Below, one piece after another: positions 1 to 8,758 of a stretch of DNA of 64,000 bases (positions within the stretch are counted from its first letter, which is position 1; every line of letters begins with the position of its first letter). Under the pieces are notes generated by a model that saw nothing but the letters and a program-made list of their open reading frames with translations, did no database searches and had not been told where the DNA came from. Made by a program: the position numbers and the translations under genes. The stretch lies in the NCBI RefSeq assembly GCF_054482525.1, contig NZ_CM137006.1. One strand, given 5' to 3'.

Positions 1-464
1 GGGTAGACCTGATCACCGCGCCAGCCCGCAAAGTGGTGGAGATCCGCAAAACCACCATCGGCTGGGTGAGCCAGTTTCTGCGCGTCATCCCGCGTATTTC
101 GGCACTGGAAGTGGTGATGCAGCCTCTGCTCGATACCGGCGTACCGCGTGAAGCCTGCGCCGCTAAAGCCGCGCGTCTGCTCACCCGCCTGAACGTGCCT
201 GAACGCCTGTGGCACCTGGCACCATCGACCTTCTCCGGCGGCGAACAGCAGCGCGTCAACATCGCCCGTGGCTTTATCGTCGACTATCCGATTCTGCTGC
301 TCGACGAACCTACCGCCTCGCTGGACGCTAAAAACAGCGCCGCCGTAGTGGAACTGATCCGCGAAGCCAAAGCCCGCGGCGCGGCCATCGTCGGTATCTT
401 CCATGACGAAGCCGTACGCAATGACGTCGCCGACCGCCTGCACCCGATGGGAGCCTCTTCATGA
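1..464 (+). CDS. phnL: Phosphonate C-P lyase system ATP-binding protein PhnL, 3' part (5' end lies outside window)
   Basis: Open frame from window edge; ABC signature LSGGEQQR and Walker B LLLDEP; stop overlaps phnM start (ATGA); synteny with phnMNOP. Confidence 0.85.
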   Translation, partial: VDLITAPARKVVEIRKTTIGWVSQFLRVIPRISALEVVMQPLLDTGVPREACAAKAARLLTRLNVPERLWHLAPSTFSGGEQQRVNIARGFIVDYPILLLDEPTASLDAKNSAAVVELIREAKARGAAIVGIFHDEAVRNDVADRLHPMGASS

Positions 465-1597
465 TTATCAATAACGTCAAACTGGTGCTGGAAAATGAAG
501 TGGTGCACGGTTCACTGGAAGTACAGGATGGCGAAATTCGGGCCTTTGCCGAAAGCCAGAGCCGCCAGCCGGAAGCGATGGACGGCGAAGGTGGCTGGCT
601 ACTGCCCGGACTGATTGAGCTGCATACCGACAACCTCGATAAATTCTTCACCCCGCGCCCGAAAGTCGACTGGCCCGCCCATTCGGCGATGAGCAGCCAC
701 GACGCGCTGATGGTGGCAAGCGGCATCACCACCGTACTGGACGCCGTGGCGATTGGTGATGTGCGCGACGGCGGCGATCGGCTGGAGAATCTGGAGAAGA
801 TGATCAACGCCATCGAAGAGACGCAGAAACGCGGCGTCAACCGCGCCGAGCACCGCCTGCACCTGCGCTGCGAACTGCCGCACCACACCACGTTGCCGCT
901 GTTTGAAAAACTGGTGCAGCGCGAACCGGTGACGCTGGTATCGCTGATGGACCACTCGCCAGGCCAGCGCCAGTTCGCCAATCGCGAGAAGTATCGCGAA
1001 TATTATCAGGGCAAATATTCCCTCACCGATGCGCAGATGCAGCAGTACGAAGAAGAGCAATTGGCGCTCGCCGCACGCTGGTCGCAGCCAAATCGCGAAA
1101 CCATCGCCGCAATGTGCCGCGCGCGACACATTGCCCTCGCCAGCCACGATGACGCCACGCACGCCCACGTTGCCGAATCTCACCAGCTTGGCAGCGTGAT
1201 CGCCGAATTTCCCACCACGTTCGAAGCGGCAGAAGCCTCGCGCAAGCATGGCATGAACGTGCTGATGGGCGCGCCGAATATCGTGCGCGGCGGTTCGCAC
1301 TCCGGCAACGTGGCGGCCAGTGAACTGGCGCAGCTTGGCCTGCTGGATATCCTCTCTTCCGACTACTACCCCGCCAGCCTGCTCGATGCGGCATTTCGCG
1401 TCGCCGATGACGAGAGCAACCGCTTTACGCTGCCGCAGGCGGTGAAGCTGGTGACTAAAAATCCGGCGCAGGCGCTTAATCTTCAGGATCGCGGAGTGAT
1501 TGGCGAGGGCAAACGCGCCGACCTGGTGCTGGCGCATCGCAAGGGCAACCACATTCATATCGACCACGTCTGGCGTCAGGGTAAAAGGGTGTTCTGA
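461..1597 (+). CDS. phnM: PhnM, amidohydrolase-family C-P lyase pathway enzyme
   Basis: 378-aa ORF, length and operon position match PhnM; translationally coupled to phnL and phnN. Confidence 0.9.
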   Translation: MIINNVKLVLENEVVHGSLEVQDGEIRAFAESQSRQPEAMDGEGGWLLPGLIELHTDNLDKFFTPRPKVDWPAHSAMSSHDALMVASGITTVLDAVAIGDVRDGGDRLENLEKMINAIEETQKRGVNRAEHRLHLRCELPHHTTLPLFEKLVQREPVTLVSLMDHSPGQRQFANREKYREYYQGKYSLTDAQMQQYEEEQLALAARWSQPNRETIAAMCRARHIALASHDDATHAHVAESHQLGSVIAEFPTTFEAAEASRKHGMNVLMGAPNIVRGGSHSGNVAASELAQLGLLDILSSDYYPASLLDAAFRVADDESNRFTLPQAVKLVTKNPAQALNLQDRGVIGEGKRADLVLAHRKGNHIHIDHVWRQGKRVF

Positions 1598-2154
1598 TGA
1601 CGGGAAAACTGATTTGGTTAATGGGGGCCTCTGGCTCCGGAAAAGACAGTCTGTTGACGGAACTTCGCCAGCGGGAACAAACTCAGCTACTGGTAGCGCA
1701 TCGCTACATCACGCGCGCCGCCAGCGCCGGAAGTGAAAACCATATCGCCCTGAGCGAGCAGGAGTTTTTTACCCGCGCGGGGCAGAACCTTCTGGCCTTA
1801 AGCTGGCACGCTAACGGTCTGTATTATGGCGTCGGCGTCGAGATTGACCTCTGGCTGCACGCCGGATTCGACGTGCTGGTCAACGGCTCACGCGCGCATT
1901 TGCCGCAGGCGCGGGCGCGCTATCAATCGGCGCTGCTGCCCATTTGCTTACAGGTTTCGCCGGAGATCCTGCGCCAGCGCCTGGAAAACCGTGGTCGTGA
2001 AAACGCCAGTGAAATTAACGCCCGGCTGGCGCGCGCCGCCCGCTATACTCCTCAGGATTGCCATACGCTCAATAATGACGGCAGCCTGCGCCAGTCGGTC
2101 GACACGCTGCTGACGCTGATTCATCAGAAGGAGAAACACCATGCCTGCTTGTGA
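1597..2154 (+). CDS. phnN: PhnN, ribose 1,5-bisphosphate phosphokinase
   Basis: 185-aa ORF with P-loop GASGSGKDS; operon position. Confidence 0.9.
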
Positions 2155-2575
2155 GCTTCGCCCGGCCACGCAGTACGATACCGACGCAGTGTACGCGCTG
2201 ATTTGTGAGCTAAAACAGGCGGAGTTTGACCACCACGCGTTTCGCGTGGGCTTTAACGCCAACCTGCGCGACCCGAACATGCGCTACCATCTGGCGCTGC
2301 TGGATGGCGAAGTTGTCGGCATGATCGGCCTGCATTTGCAGTTTCATCTGCATCATGTCAACTGGATCGGCGAAATTCAGGAACTGGTGGTGATGCCGCA
2401 GGCGCGCGGTCTGAATGTCGGCAGTAAATTACTGGCATGGGCAGAAGAAGAAGCCCGCCAGGCCGGGGCCGAAATGACCGAGCTTTCCACCAACGTGAAG
2501 CGCCACGACGCGCACCGTTTCTATCTGCGCGAAGGCTACGAGCAGAGCCACTTCCGCTTCACCAAGGCGCTGTAA
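2141..2575 (+). CDS. phnO: PhnO, GNAT-family aminoalkylphosphonate N-acetyltransferase
   Basis: 144-aa ORF, overlaps phnN end; operon position. Confidence 0.88.
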
Positions 2576-2576
2576 C

Positions 2577-3335
2577 ATGAGCCTGACCCTCACACTTACT
2601 GGCACTGGCGGCGCACAGGGCGTTCCGGCATGGGGCTGCGAGTGCGTGGCCTGCGCCAGAGCGCGGCGCTCACCGCAGTATCGCCGCCAGCCATGCAGCG
2701 GCGTCGTGAAGTTTAACGACGCGATCACCCTGATCGACGCCGGGCTGCACGATCTCGCCGATCGCTGGTCGCCCGGATCGTTCCAGCAGTTTTTGCTGAC
2801 GCACTACCATATGGATCACGTGCAGGGGCTGTTTCCGCTGCGCTGGGGTGTGGGCGATTCGATCCCGATCTACGGCCCGCCGGATGAACAGGGCTGCGAC
2901 GATCTGTTTAAACATCCGGGCCTGCTTGATTTCAGCCACACGATGGAACCGTTTGTGGTGTTTGATTTACAGGGGTTACAGGTCACGCCCCTGCCGCTCA
3001 ACCACTCAAAACTGACCTTCGGTTATCTGCTGGAAACGGCACACAGCCGGGTGGCGTGGCTGTCTGACACCGCTGGCTTGCCGGAAAAAACGCTGAAATT
3101 TTTACGCAATAATCAGCCGCAGGTAATGGTGATTGATTGCAGCCACCCGCCGCGCGAGGATGCACCGCGTAATCACTGTGATTTAAATACCGTGCTTGCG
3201 CTGAATCAGGTTATCCGCTCGCCACGGGTGATTCTGACCCATATCAGCCACCAGTTTGATGCGTGGCTGATGGAAAACGCACTGCCGTCGGGGTTTGAGG
3301 CGGGGTTTGATGGGATGGAGATTGGGGTGGCGTGA
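2577..3335 (+). CDS. phnP: PhnP, metallo-beta-lactamase-fold phosphodiesterase
   Basis: 252-aa ORF with HxHxDH-type motif (THYHMDH); last gene of phn operon. Confidence 0.9.
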   Translation: MSLTLTLTGTGGAQGVPAWGCECVACARARRSPQYRRQPCSGVVKFNDAITLIDAGLHDLADRWSPGSFQQFLLTHYHMDHVQGLFPLRWGVGDSIPIYGPPDEQGCDDLFKHPGLLDFSHTMEPFVVFDLQGLQVTPLPLNHSKLTFGYLLETAHSRVAWLSDTAGLPEKTLKFLRNNQPQVMVIDCSHPPREDAPRNHCDLNTVLALNQVIRSPRVILTHISHQFDAWLMENALPSGFEAGFDGMEIGVA

Positions 3336-3350
3336 TGGGAGGGAATGTGC

Positions 3351-3477
3351 GCGCTGGCCCCCTCACCCTAACCCTCTCCCCAGAGGGGCGAGGGGACCGA
3401 TTGTGCTCGATATTGAATATTGCGCTGGTTTTCTCCCTCGCCCCATTGGGGAGAGGGCCGGGGTGAGGGGCGATGCC
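3351..3477. repeat. Pair of GC-rich boxC-like imperfect palindromic repeats in inverted orientation
   Basis: CCCCTCACCCTAACCCTCTCCCCAGAGGGGCGAGGGGA and its near reverse complement TCCCTCGCCCCATTGGGGAGAGGGCCGGGGTGAGGGG, separated by about 35 bp, in the phnP-yjdP intergenic region. Confidence 0.5.
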
Positions 3478-3493
3478 TGCTCCATACCCAACA

Positions 3494-3823
3494 TCAACGC
3501 CCATACTCATCTTCCATTCTCCGCTCTTCATCTTCTAGCTGCCGACGCTCCTGATCCAGCTGGCGCTGGCGATCGTCCAGCTGCCTGCGGCGATCTTCAA
3601 ACTGGCGGCGGCGATCGTCATATTGTCTGCGCCGATCGTCGTTCACTTCACGCTGCCAGCCGTCGTCGCGCGAATCTTCATAGTCTCGCCCACGGTCAGG
3701 GTTATAAGCGTCGTTAATCGCCTGCTGAATATTGCCAATGGTGTCGTCGATAATATCGGCCTGGGCCGGAACGGTGGACAGCGTGAGCAGGGTGAATAAA
3801 AGAAATAGCGGAAAGCGTTTCAT
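3494..3823 (-). CDS. yjdP: YjdP, small secreted protein with charged RRRQ/DD repeats
   Basis: 109-aa ORF with N-terminal signal peptide (MKRFPLFLLFTLLTLSTVPAQA) and repeated DRRRQ-type motifs. Confidence 0.8.
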   Translation of the reverse strand: MKRFPLFLLFTLLTLSTVPAQADIIDDTIGNIQQAINDAYNPDRGRDYEDSRDDGWQREVNDDRRRQYDDRRRQFEDRRRQLDDRQRQLDQERRQLEDEERRMEDEYGR

Positions 3824-3891
3824 TAGCCAACCTCAAAAAGAAACTCTATCCACATTAGTCATTACTCATCCATGCAAGTAGTGGATGAATC

Positions 3892-4092
3892 TCAATTTCT
3901 CCGCTGCTCTATTGCCGTAATCGCCTCCACGCGTTGTTGATGACGACCGCCTTCGTACTGCGCGCCCAGCCACGCATCCACAATCATTTTTGCCAGTTCG
4001 AGGCCAACCACTCGTGAACCAAAAGCCAGTGCAACTTCACTGGCGTAATGCGGATAATCAGTACGCTCTGACGACCTGGTTTCTTTATCAAT
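3892..4092 (-). pseudogene. rpiB: rpiB remnant (ribose-5-phosphate isomerase B), 3' portion only, with internal deletion
   Basis: Translation contains SSERTDYPHYAS...FGSRVVGLELAKMIVDAWLGAQYEGGRHQQRVEAITAIEQRRN, matching the RpiB C-terminus as recalled; the catalytic-Cys GTG-loop segment and the N-terminus are absent; upstream part of the ORF is not RpiB-like. Confidence 0.6.
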
Positions 4093-4241
4093 CCCCTCAC
4101 TCATTGACCATGAATAAAAGGCTGGCACAGCAACGCAGAATCCTGCGGTGCCAGCGACATGACCGCCCATTGCTCCGGTACGTTTTTTAATAAAAAACAC
4201 CGGTTGCATTGATTAATTGTGCTCAGGGTAATGACTCCAAC

Positions 4242-4745
4242 TTATTGATAGTGTTTTATGTTCAGATAATGCCCGATGACTTTGTCATGCAGCTCCACCG
4301 ATTTTGAGAACGACAGCGACTTCCGTCCCAGCCGTGCCAGGTGCTGCCTCAGATTCAGGTTATGCCGCTCAATTCGCTGCGTATATCGCTTGCTGATTAC
4401 GTGCAGCTTTCCCTTCAGGCGGGATTCATACAGCGGCCAGCCATCCGTCATCCATATCACCACGTCAAAGGGTGACAGCAGGCTCATAAGACGCCCCAGC
4501 GTCGCCATAGTGCGTTCACCGAATACGTGCGCAACAACCGTCTTCCGGAGACTGTCATACGCGTAAAACAGCCAGCGCTGGCGCGATTTAGCCCCGACAT
4601 AGCCCCACTGTTCGTCCATTTCCGCGCAGACGATGACGTCACTGCCCGGCTGTATGCGCGAGGTTACCGACTGCGGCCTGAGTTTTTTAAGTGACGTAAA
4701 ATCGTGTTGAGGCCAACGCCCATAATGCGGGCAGTTGCCCGGCAT
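4242..4745 (-). CDS. insB: IS1 InsB (transposase catalytic part, normally expressed as InsAB' by -1 frameshift)
   Basis: 167-aa ORF overlapping insA 3' end in the -1 frame; canonical IS1 organisation. Confidence 0.9.
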
Positions 4746-4939
4746 CCAACGCCATTCATGGCCATATCAATGATTTTCTGGTGCGTACCGGGTTGAGAAG
4801 CGGTGTAAGTGAACTGCAGTTGCCATGTTTTACGGCAGTGAGAGCAGAGATAGCGCTGATGTCCGGCGGTGCTTTTGCCGTTACGCACCACCCCGTCAGT
4901 AGCTGAACAGGAGGGACAGCTGATAGAAACAGAAGCCAC
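4664..4939 (-). CDS. insA: IS1 InsA
   Basis: 91-aa [46 protein letters not shown], zinc-finger plus HTH, canonical IS1 InsA. Confidence 0.92.
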
Positions 4940-5226
4940 TGGAGCACCTCAAAAACACCATCATACACTAAATCAGTAAGTTGGCAGCATCACCTGTGCT
5001 CAGTATTTGCCGAAGTACAATATATATAATAAATATATAAAACACCTCATATTATTTACAGAGATAATAAATTCGCGTACTTTTCCCTCTTCAGCACAAA
5101 TGCCTAATAAAGTGGCGCGTTCAGCTCACACTTCTACTTATTAAAGTCGCAATTTCCCAATTATGATAACGCCAGCTTTAAATGACGTATTTTGCATGGA
5201 TTACATATTTACGACATAAATGATAA

Positions 5227-7224
5227 ATGGAGATTTATATGAATAACTCTCGGTTATTCCGTTTGAGCAGGATTGTTATTGCGTTAACTGCCGCCAGCGG
5301 CATGATGGTAAATACCGCTTACGCAACAGATGAAGCGAAAGCCGCCACTCAATATACCCAACAGATTAATCAGAATTACGCCAAATCATTACCTTTTAGC
5401 GATCGTCAAGATTTTGACGATGCCCAGCGTGGATTTATCGCTCCGCTGCTGGATGAAGGTATTCTGCGTGATGCTAACGGCAAAGTTTACTACCGCGCAG
5501 ACGATTACAAATTTGATATTAATGCCGCTGCGCCGGAAACCGTAAACCCCAGCCTGTGGCGTCAGTCGCAAATCAACGGTATTTCTGGCCTGTTCAAAGT
5601 CACCGATAAAATGTATCAGGTGCGCGGCCAGGATATCTCTAACATTACGTTCGTTGAGGGCGAGAAAGGCATTATTGTTATCGACCCGCTGGTGACGCCG
5701 CCTGCCGCAAAAGCCGCACTTGATCTTTACTTCCAGCATCGTCCGCAAAAACCGATTGTTGCTGTGATTTACACCCACAGCCACGCCGACCATTATGGCG
5801 GTGTGAAAGGCATTATCTCTGAAGCGGATGTTAAATCCGGCAAAGTGCAGGTGATCGCTCCGGCAGGCTTTATGGACGAAGCCATCAGCGAAAACGTGCT
5901 GGCGGGTAACATCATGAGCCGCCGTGCGCTCTACTCTTACGGTCTGTTACTGCCGCACAACGCGCAAGGCAACGTGGGCAACGGCCTGGGCGTGACGCTG
6001 GCAACCGGCGACCCGAGCATTATTGCACCGACTAAAACTATCGTCAGAACTGGCGAGAAGATGATTATCGACGGCCTGGAGTTTGACTTCCTGATGACTC
6101 CGGGTAGCGAAGCGCCAGCCGAAATGCACTTCTATATTCCGGCCCTGAAAGCCCTGTGTACCGCCGAGAACGCCACGCATACCCTGCACAACTTCTACAC
6201 TCTGCGCGGCGCGAAAACCCGCGATACCAGCAAGTGGACCGAGTACCTGAACGAAACGCTGGATATGTGGGGTAACGACGCGGAAGTACTGTTTATGCCG
6301 CACACCTGGCCGGTCTGGGGCAATAAGCATATCAATGATTATATTGGTAAATATCGCGATACTATCAAGTACATTCACGACCAGACCCTGCACCTGGCGA
6401 ACCAGGGCTACACCATGAATGAAATCGGCGACATGATTAAGCTGCCGCCTGCGCTTGCCAATAACTGGGCCAGCCGCGGCTATTACGGTTCTGTCAGCCA
6501 CAACGCCCGCGCGGTGTATAACTTCTATCTTGGCTATTACGACGGTAACCCGGCTAACCTGCATCCATATGGTCAGGTGGAGATGGGTAAACGTTACGTG
6601 CAAGCTCTGGGCGGTTCTGCCCGCGTCATCAACCTGGCGAAAGAAGCGAACAAGCAAGGTGATTATCGCTGGTCGGCAGAACTGCTGAAACAGGTGATTG
6701 CCGCCAACCCTGGTGACCAGGTCGCGAAGAATCTGCAAGCGAATAACTTTGAACAGCTGGGCTATCAGGCCGAGTCCGCCACCTGGCGCGGTTTCTACCT
6801 GACCGGCGCGAAAGAGCTGCGCGAAGGGGTGCATAAATTCAGCCACGGCACCACCGGTTCCCCGGACACCATTCGCGGAATGTCGGTCGAAATGCTGTTC
6901 GACTTTATGTCCGTTCGCCTCGATAGTGCGAAAGCCGCGGGTAAAAATATCAGCCTGAACTTCAATATGAGCAACGGCGATAACCTCAACCTGACGCTGA
7001 ACGATAGCGTGCTTAACTACCGTAAAACGCTGCAACCTGAAGCCAACGCCTCTTTCTACATCAGCCGTGAAGATCTTCACGCCGTGCTGACCGGACAAGC
7101 CAAAATGGCGGATCTGGTAAAAGCGAAGAAAGCCAAAATTATTGGCAATGGCGCGAAACTGGAAGAAATTATTGCCTGTCTGGATAATTTCGATTTGTGG
7201 GTGAATATCGTAACCCCAAATTAA
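5227..7224 (+). CDS. yjcS: YjcS, MBL-fold alkyl/aryl-sulfatase family protein (BDS1/SdsA1-like), secreted
   Basis: 665-aa ORF with signal peptide and metallo-beta-lactamase motif [10 protein letters not shown]; start may be a few codons downstream. Confidence 0.85.
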   Translation: MEIYMNNSRLFRLSRIVIALTAASGMMVNTAYATDEAKAATQYTQQINQNYAKSLPFSDRQDFDDAQRGFIAPLLDEGILRDANGKVYYRADDYKFDINAAAPETVNPSLWRQSQINGISGLFKVTDKMYQVRGQDISNITFVEGEKGIIVIDPLVTPPAAKAALDLYFQHRPQKPIVAVIYTHSHADHYGGVKGIISEADVKSGKVQVIAPAGFMDEAISENVLAGNIMSRRALYSYGLLLPHNAQGNVGNGLGVTLATGDPSIIAPTKTIVRTGEKMIIDGLEFDFLMTPGSEAPAEMHFYIPALKALCTAENATHTLHNFYTLRGAKTRDTSKWTEYLNETLDMWGNDAEVLFMPHTWPVWGNKHINDYIGKYRDTIKYIHDQTLHLANQGYTMNEIGDMIKLPPALANNWASRGYYGSVSHNARAVYNFYLGYYDGNPANLHPYGQVEMGKRYVQALGGSARVINLAKEANKQGDYRWSAELLKQVIAANPGDQVAKNLQANNFEQLGYQAESATWRGFYLTGAKELREGVHKFSHGTTGSPDTIRGMSVEMLFDFMSVRLDSAKAAGKNISLNFNMSNGDNLNLTLNDSVLNYRKTLQPEANASFYISREDLHAVLTGQAKMADLVKAKKAKIIGNGAKLEEIIACLDNFDLWVNIVTPN

Positions 7225-7239
7225 TGCCACTCACTTTTG

Positions 7240-7270
7240 GGGGCCCTTAAGCCCCCAAAAGCATTTATTT
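7240..7270 (+). terminator. Rho-independent terminator downstream of yjcS
   Basis: Hairpin TTTTGGGGGC-CCTTAA-GCCCCCAAAA followed by T-rich tract. Confidence 0.6.
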
Positions 7271-7432
7271 AAAAAATATATACAGCAAATTAATACATAA
7301 AATATATAAGTTATGAATGCGGTGGCTGAATAAAGCTATTTTTATTCATCGAGAAAATAGCCATACTGACGCCTTCAATGGATATTGATATTCACTACAG
7401 ATATTGTTCGCAGCAGACAGGATGTATTTAAT

Positions 7433-7708
7433 ATGCCAACAGTTCTCTCTCGCATGGCGATGCAACTCAAAAAAACAGCCTGGATAATTCCCGTCTTCAT
7501 GGTTTCGGGATGCTCATTATCTCCGGCAATCCCGGTGATCGGCGCTTATTATCCCAGCTGGTTTTTCTGCGCCATTGCCAGCCTTATTTTGACGCTCATC
7601 ACGAGGCGAATTATTCAGCGGGCAAATATCAATCTGGCATTTGTCGGAATTATTTATACCGCCCTTTTTGCTCTCTACGCCATGCTGCTCTGGCTGGCAT
7701 TTTTCTAA
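7433..7708 (+). CDS. ytcA: YtcA, small lipoprotein/membrane protein preceding mdtNOP
   Basis: 91-aa protein MPTVLSRMAMQLKK... with lipobox-like VSGC and two hydrophobic segments; position upstream of mdtN. Confidence 0.75.
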   Translation: MPTVLSRMAMQLKKTAWIIPVFMVSGCSLSPAIPVIGAYYPSWFFCAIASLILTLITRRIIQRANINLAFVGIIYTALFALYAMLLWLAFF

Positions 7709-7726
7709 TCTATTTGAGACGCGCTC

Positions 7727-8758
7727 ATGGAAAGTACGCCGAAAAAAGCTCCTCGCAGTAAATTCCCTGCTCTGTTAGTGGTTGCGTTGGCGCTGGTTGC
7801 CCTTGTTTTCGTTATCTGGCGCGTAGACAGTGCGCCATCAACTAATGACGCCTACGCGTCAGCAGATACCATTGATGTGGTGCCGGAAGTCAGCGGTCGC
7901 ATTGTAGAACTGGCGGTCACCGACAACCAGGCGGTGAAACAGGGTGATTTGCTATTCCGCATCGACCCACGCCCATACGAAGCCAATCTGGCGAAAGCCG
8001 AAGCCTCCCTCGCGGCGCTGGATAAGCAAATTATGCTCACCCAACGTAGCGTTGACGCGCAACAGTTTGGTGCCGACTCGGTTAATGCCACGGTAGAAAA
8101 AGCCCGTGCCGCCGCGAAACAGGCCACAGATACATTACGCCGCACCGAGCCATTACTGAAAGAAGGTTTTGTCTCAGCGGAAGACGTTGACCGTGCAAGA
8201 ACTGCGCAGCGCGCCGCAGAAGCCGATCTTAATGCCGTATTGTTGCAGGCGCAGTCAGCCGCCAGTGCCGTCAGCGGCGTCGATGCGCTGGTCGCCCAAC
8301 GTGCGGCGGTCGAAGCGGATATTGCCCTGACCAAACTGCATCTGGAAATGGCGACCGTTCGCGCGCCGTTTGATGGCCGGGTCATTTCCCTCAAAACCTC
8401 CGTCGGGCAATTTGCTTCTGCCATGCGCCCTATTTTTACCCTAATCGACACTCGTCACTGGTACGTGATCGCCAACTTCCGCGAAACCGATCTGAAAAAT
8501 ATTCGCTCAGGTACACCCGCAACGATTCGCCTGATGAGCGACAGCGGCAAAACCTTCGAGGGTAAAGTGGATTCGATTGGCTACGGCGTGCTACCGGATG
8601 ACGGCGGTCTGGTGCTGGGCGGCCTGCCGAAAGTGTCTCGTTCTATTAACTGGGTCCGCGTTGCCCAGCGTTTTCCGGTCAAAATCATGGTTGATAAACC
8701 TGACCCGGAAATGTTCCGCATCGGCGCTTCGGCAGTCGCTAATCTTGAGCCGCAATAA
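7727..8758 (+). CDS. mdtN: MdtN, membrane-fusion (HlyD-family) efflux component
   Basis: 343-aa ORF, N-terminal TM anchor, coiled-coil rich; synteny. Confidence 0.85.
   Translation: MESTPKKAPRSKFPALLVVALALVALVFVIWRVDSAPSTNDAYASADTIDVVPEVSGRIVELAVTDNQAVKQGDLLFRIDPRPYEANLAKAEASLAALDKQIMLTQRSVDAQQFGADSVNATVEKARAAAKQATDTLRRTEPLLKEGFVSAEDVDRARTAQRAAEADLNAVLLQAQSAASAVSGVDALVAQRAAVEADIALTKLHLEMATVRAPFDGRVISLKTSVGQFASAMRPIFTLIDTRHWYVIANFRETDLKNIRSGTPATIRLMSDSGKTFEGKVDSIGYGVLPDDGGLVLGGLPKVSRSINWVRVAQRFPVKIMVDKPDPEMFRIGASAVANLEPQ

Larger units (their letters stand above)
4227..4994 (-). mobile_element. IS1 insertion sequence (768 bp), intact, flanked by 9-bp direct repeat TGTGCTCAG
   Basis: Terminal inverted repeats GGTAATGACTCCAACTTATTGATAGTG ... 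complement of GGTGATGCTGCCAACTTACTGATTTAGTG; insA and insB ORFs inside; identical TGTGCTCAG at 4218-4226 and 4995-5003. Confidence 0.95.

Noticed and set aside
599-1567. 322-aa ORF on the minus strand antisense to phnM (and similar antisense ORFs at 328-981 and 1023-1394)
   Set aside because: Lies entirely inside the well-supported phnM/phnL coding sequences in GC-rich DNA; Arg/Ala-rich low-complexity translation typical of spurious antisense frames.
3295-3717. 140-aa plus-strand ORF spanning the phnP-yjdP intergenic repeats and antisense to yjdP
   Set aside because: Its reading frame is created by the G-rich boxC-like palindromes (Pro/Gly/Arg-rich translation) and it overlaps yjdP on the opposite strand.
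3990-4190. 66-aa plus-strand ORF between the rpiB remnant and IS1, considered as a possible fragment of an als/rpiR gene
   Set aside because: I could not match the translation to RpiR or AlsK from memory; it is short, has no SD-supported start, and lies in what looks like deletion-scar DNA.
4227-4994. IS1 considered as one end of a composite transposon or as the direct cause of the als/rpiB deletion
   Set aside because: Only one IS1 copy is present in the window and it is flanked by a perfect 9-bp target duplication, indicating simple insertion rather than IS-mediated adjacent deletion.
5947-7230. 427-aa minus-strand ORF antisense to yjcS
   Set aside because: Completely overlapped by the yjcS sulfatase ORF, which has clear domain motifs and a signal peptide; the antisense translation has no recognisable features.
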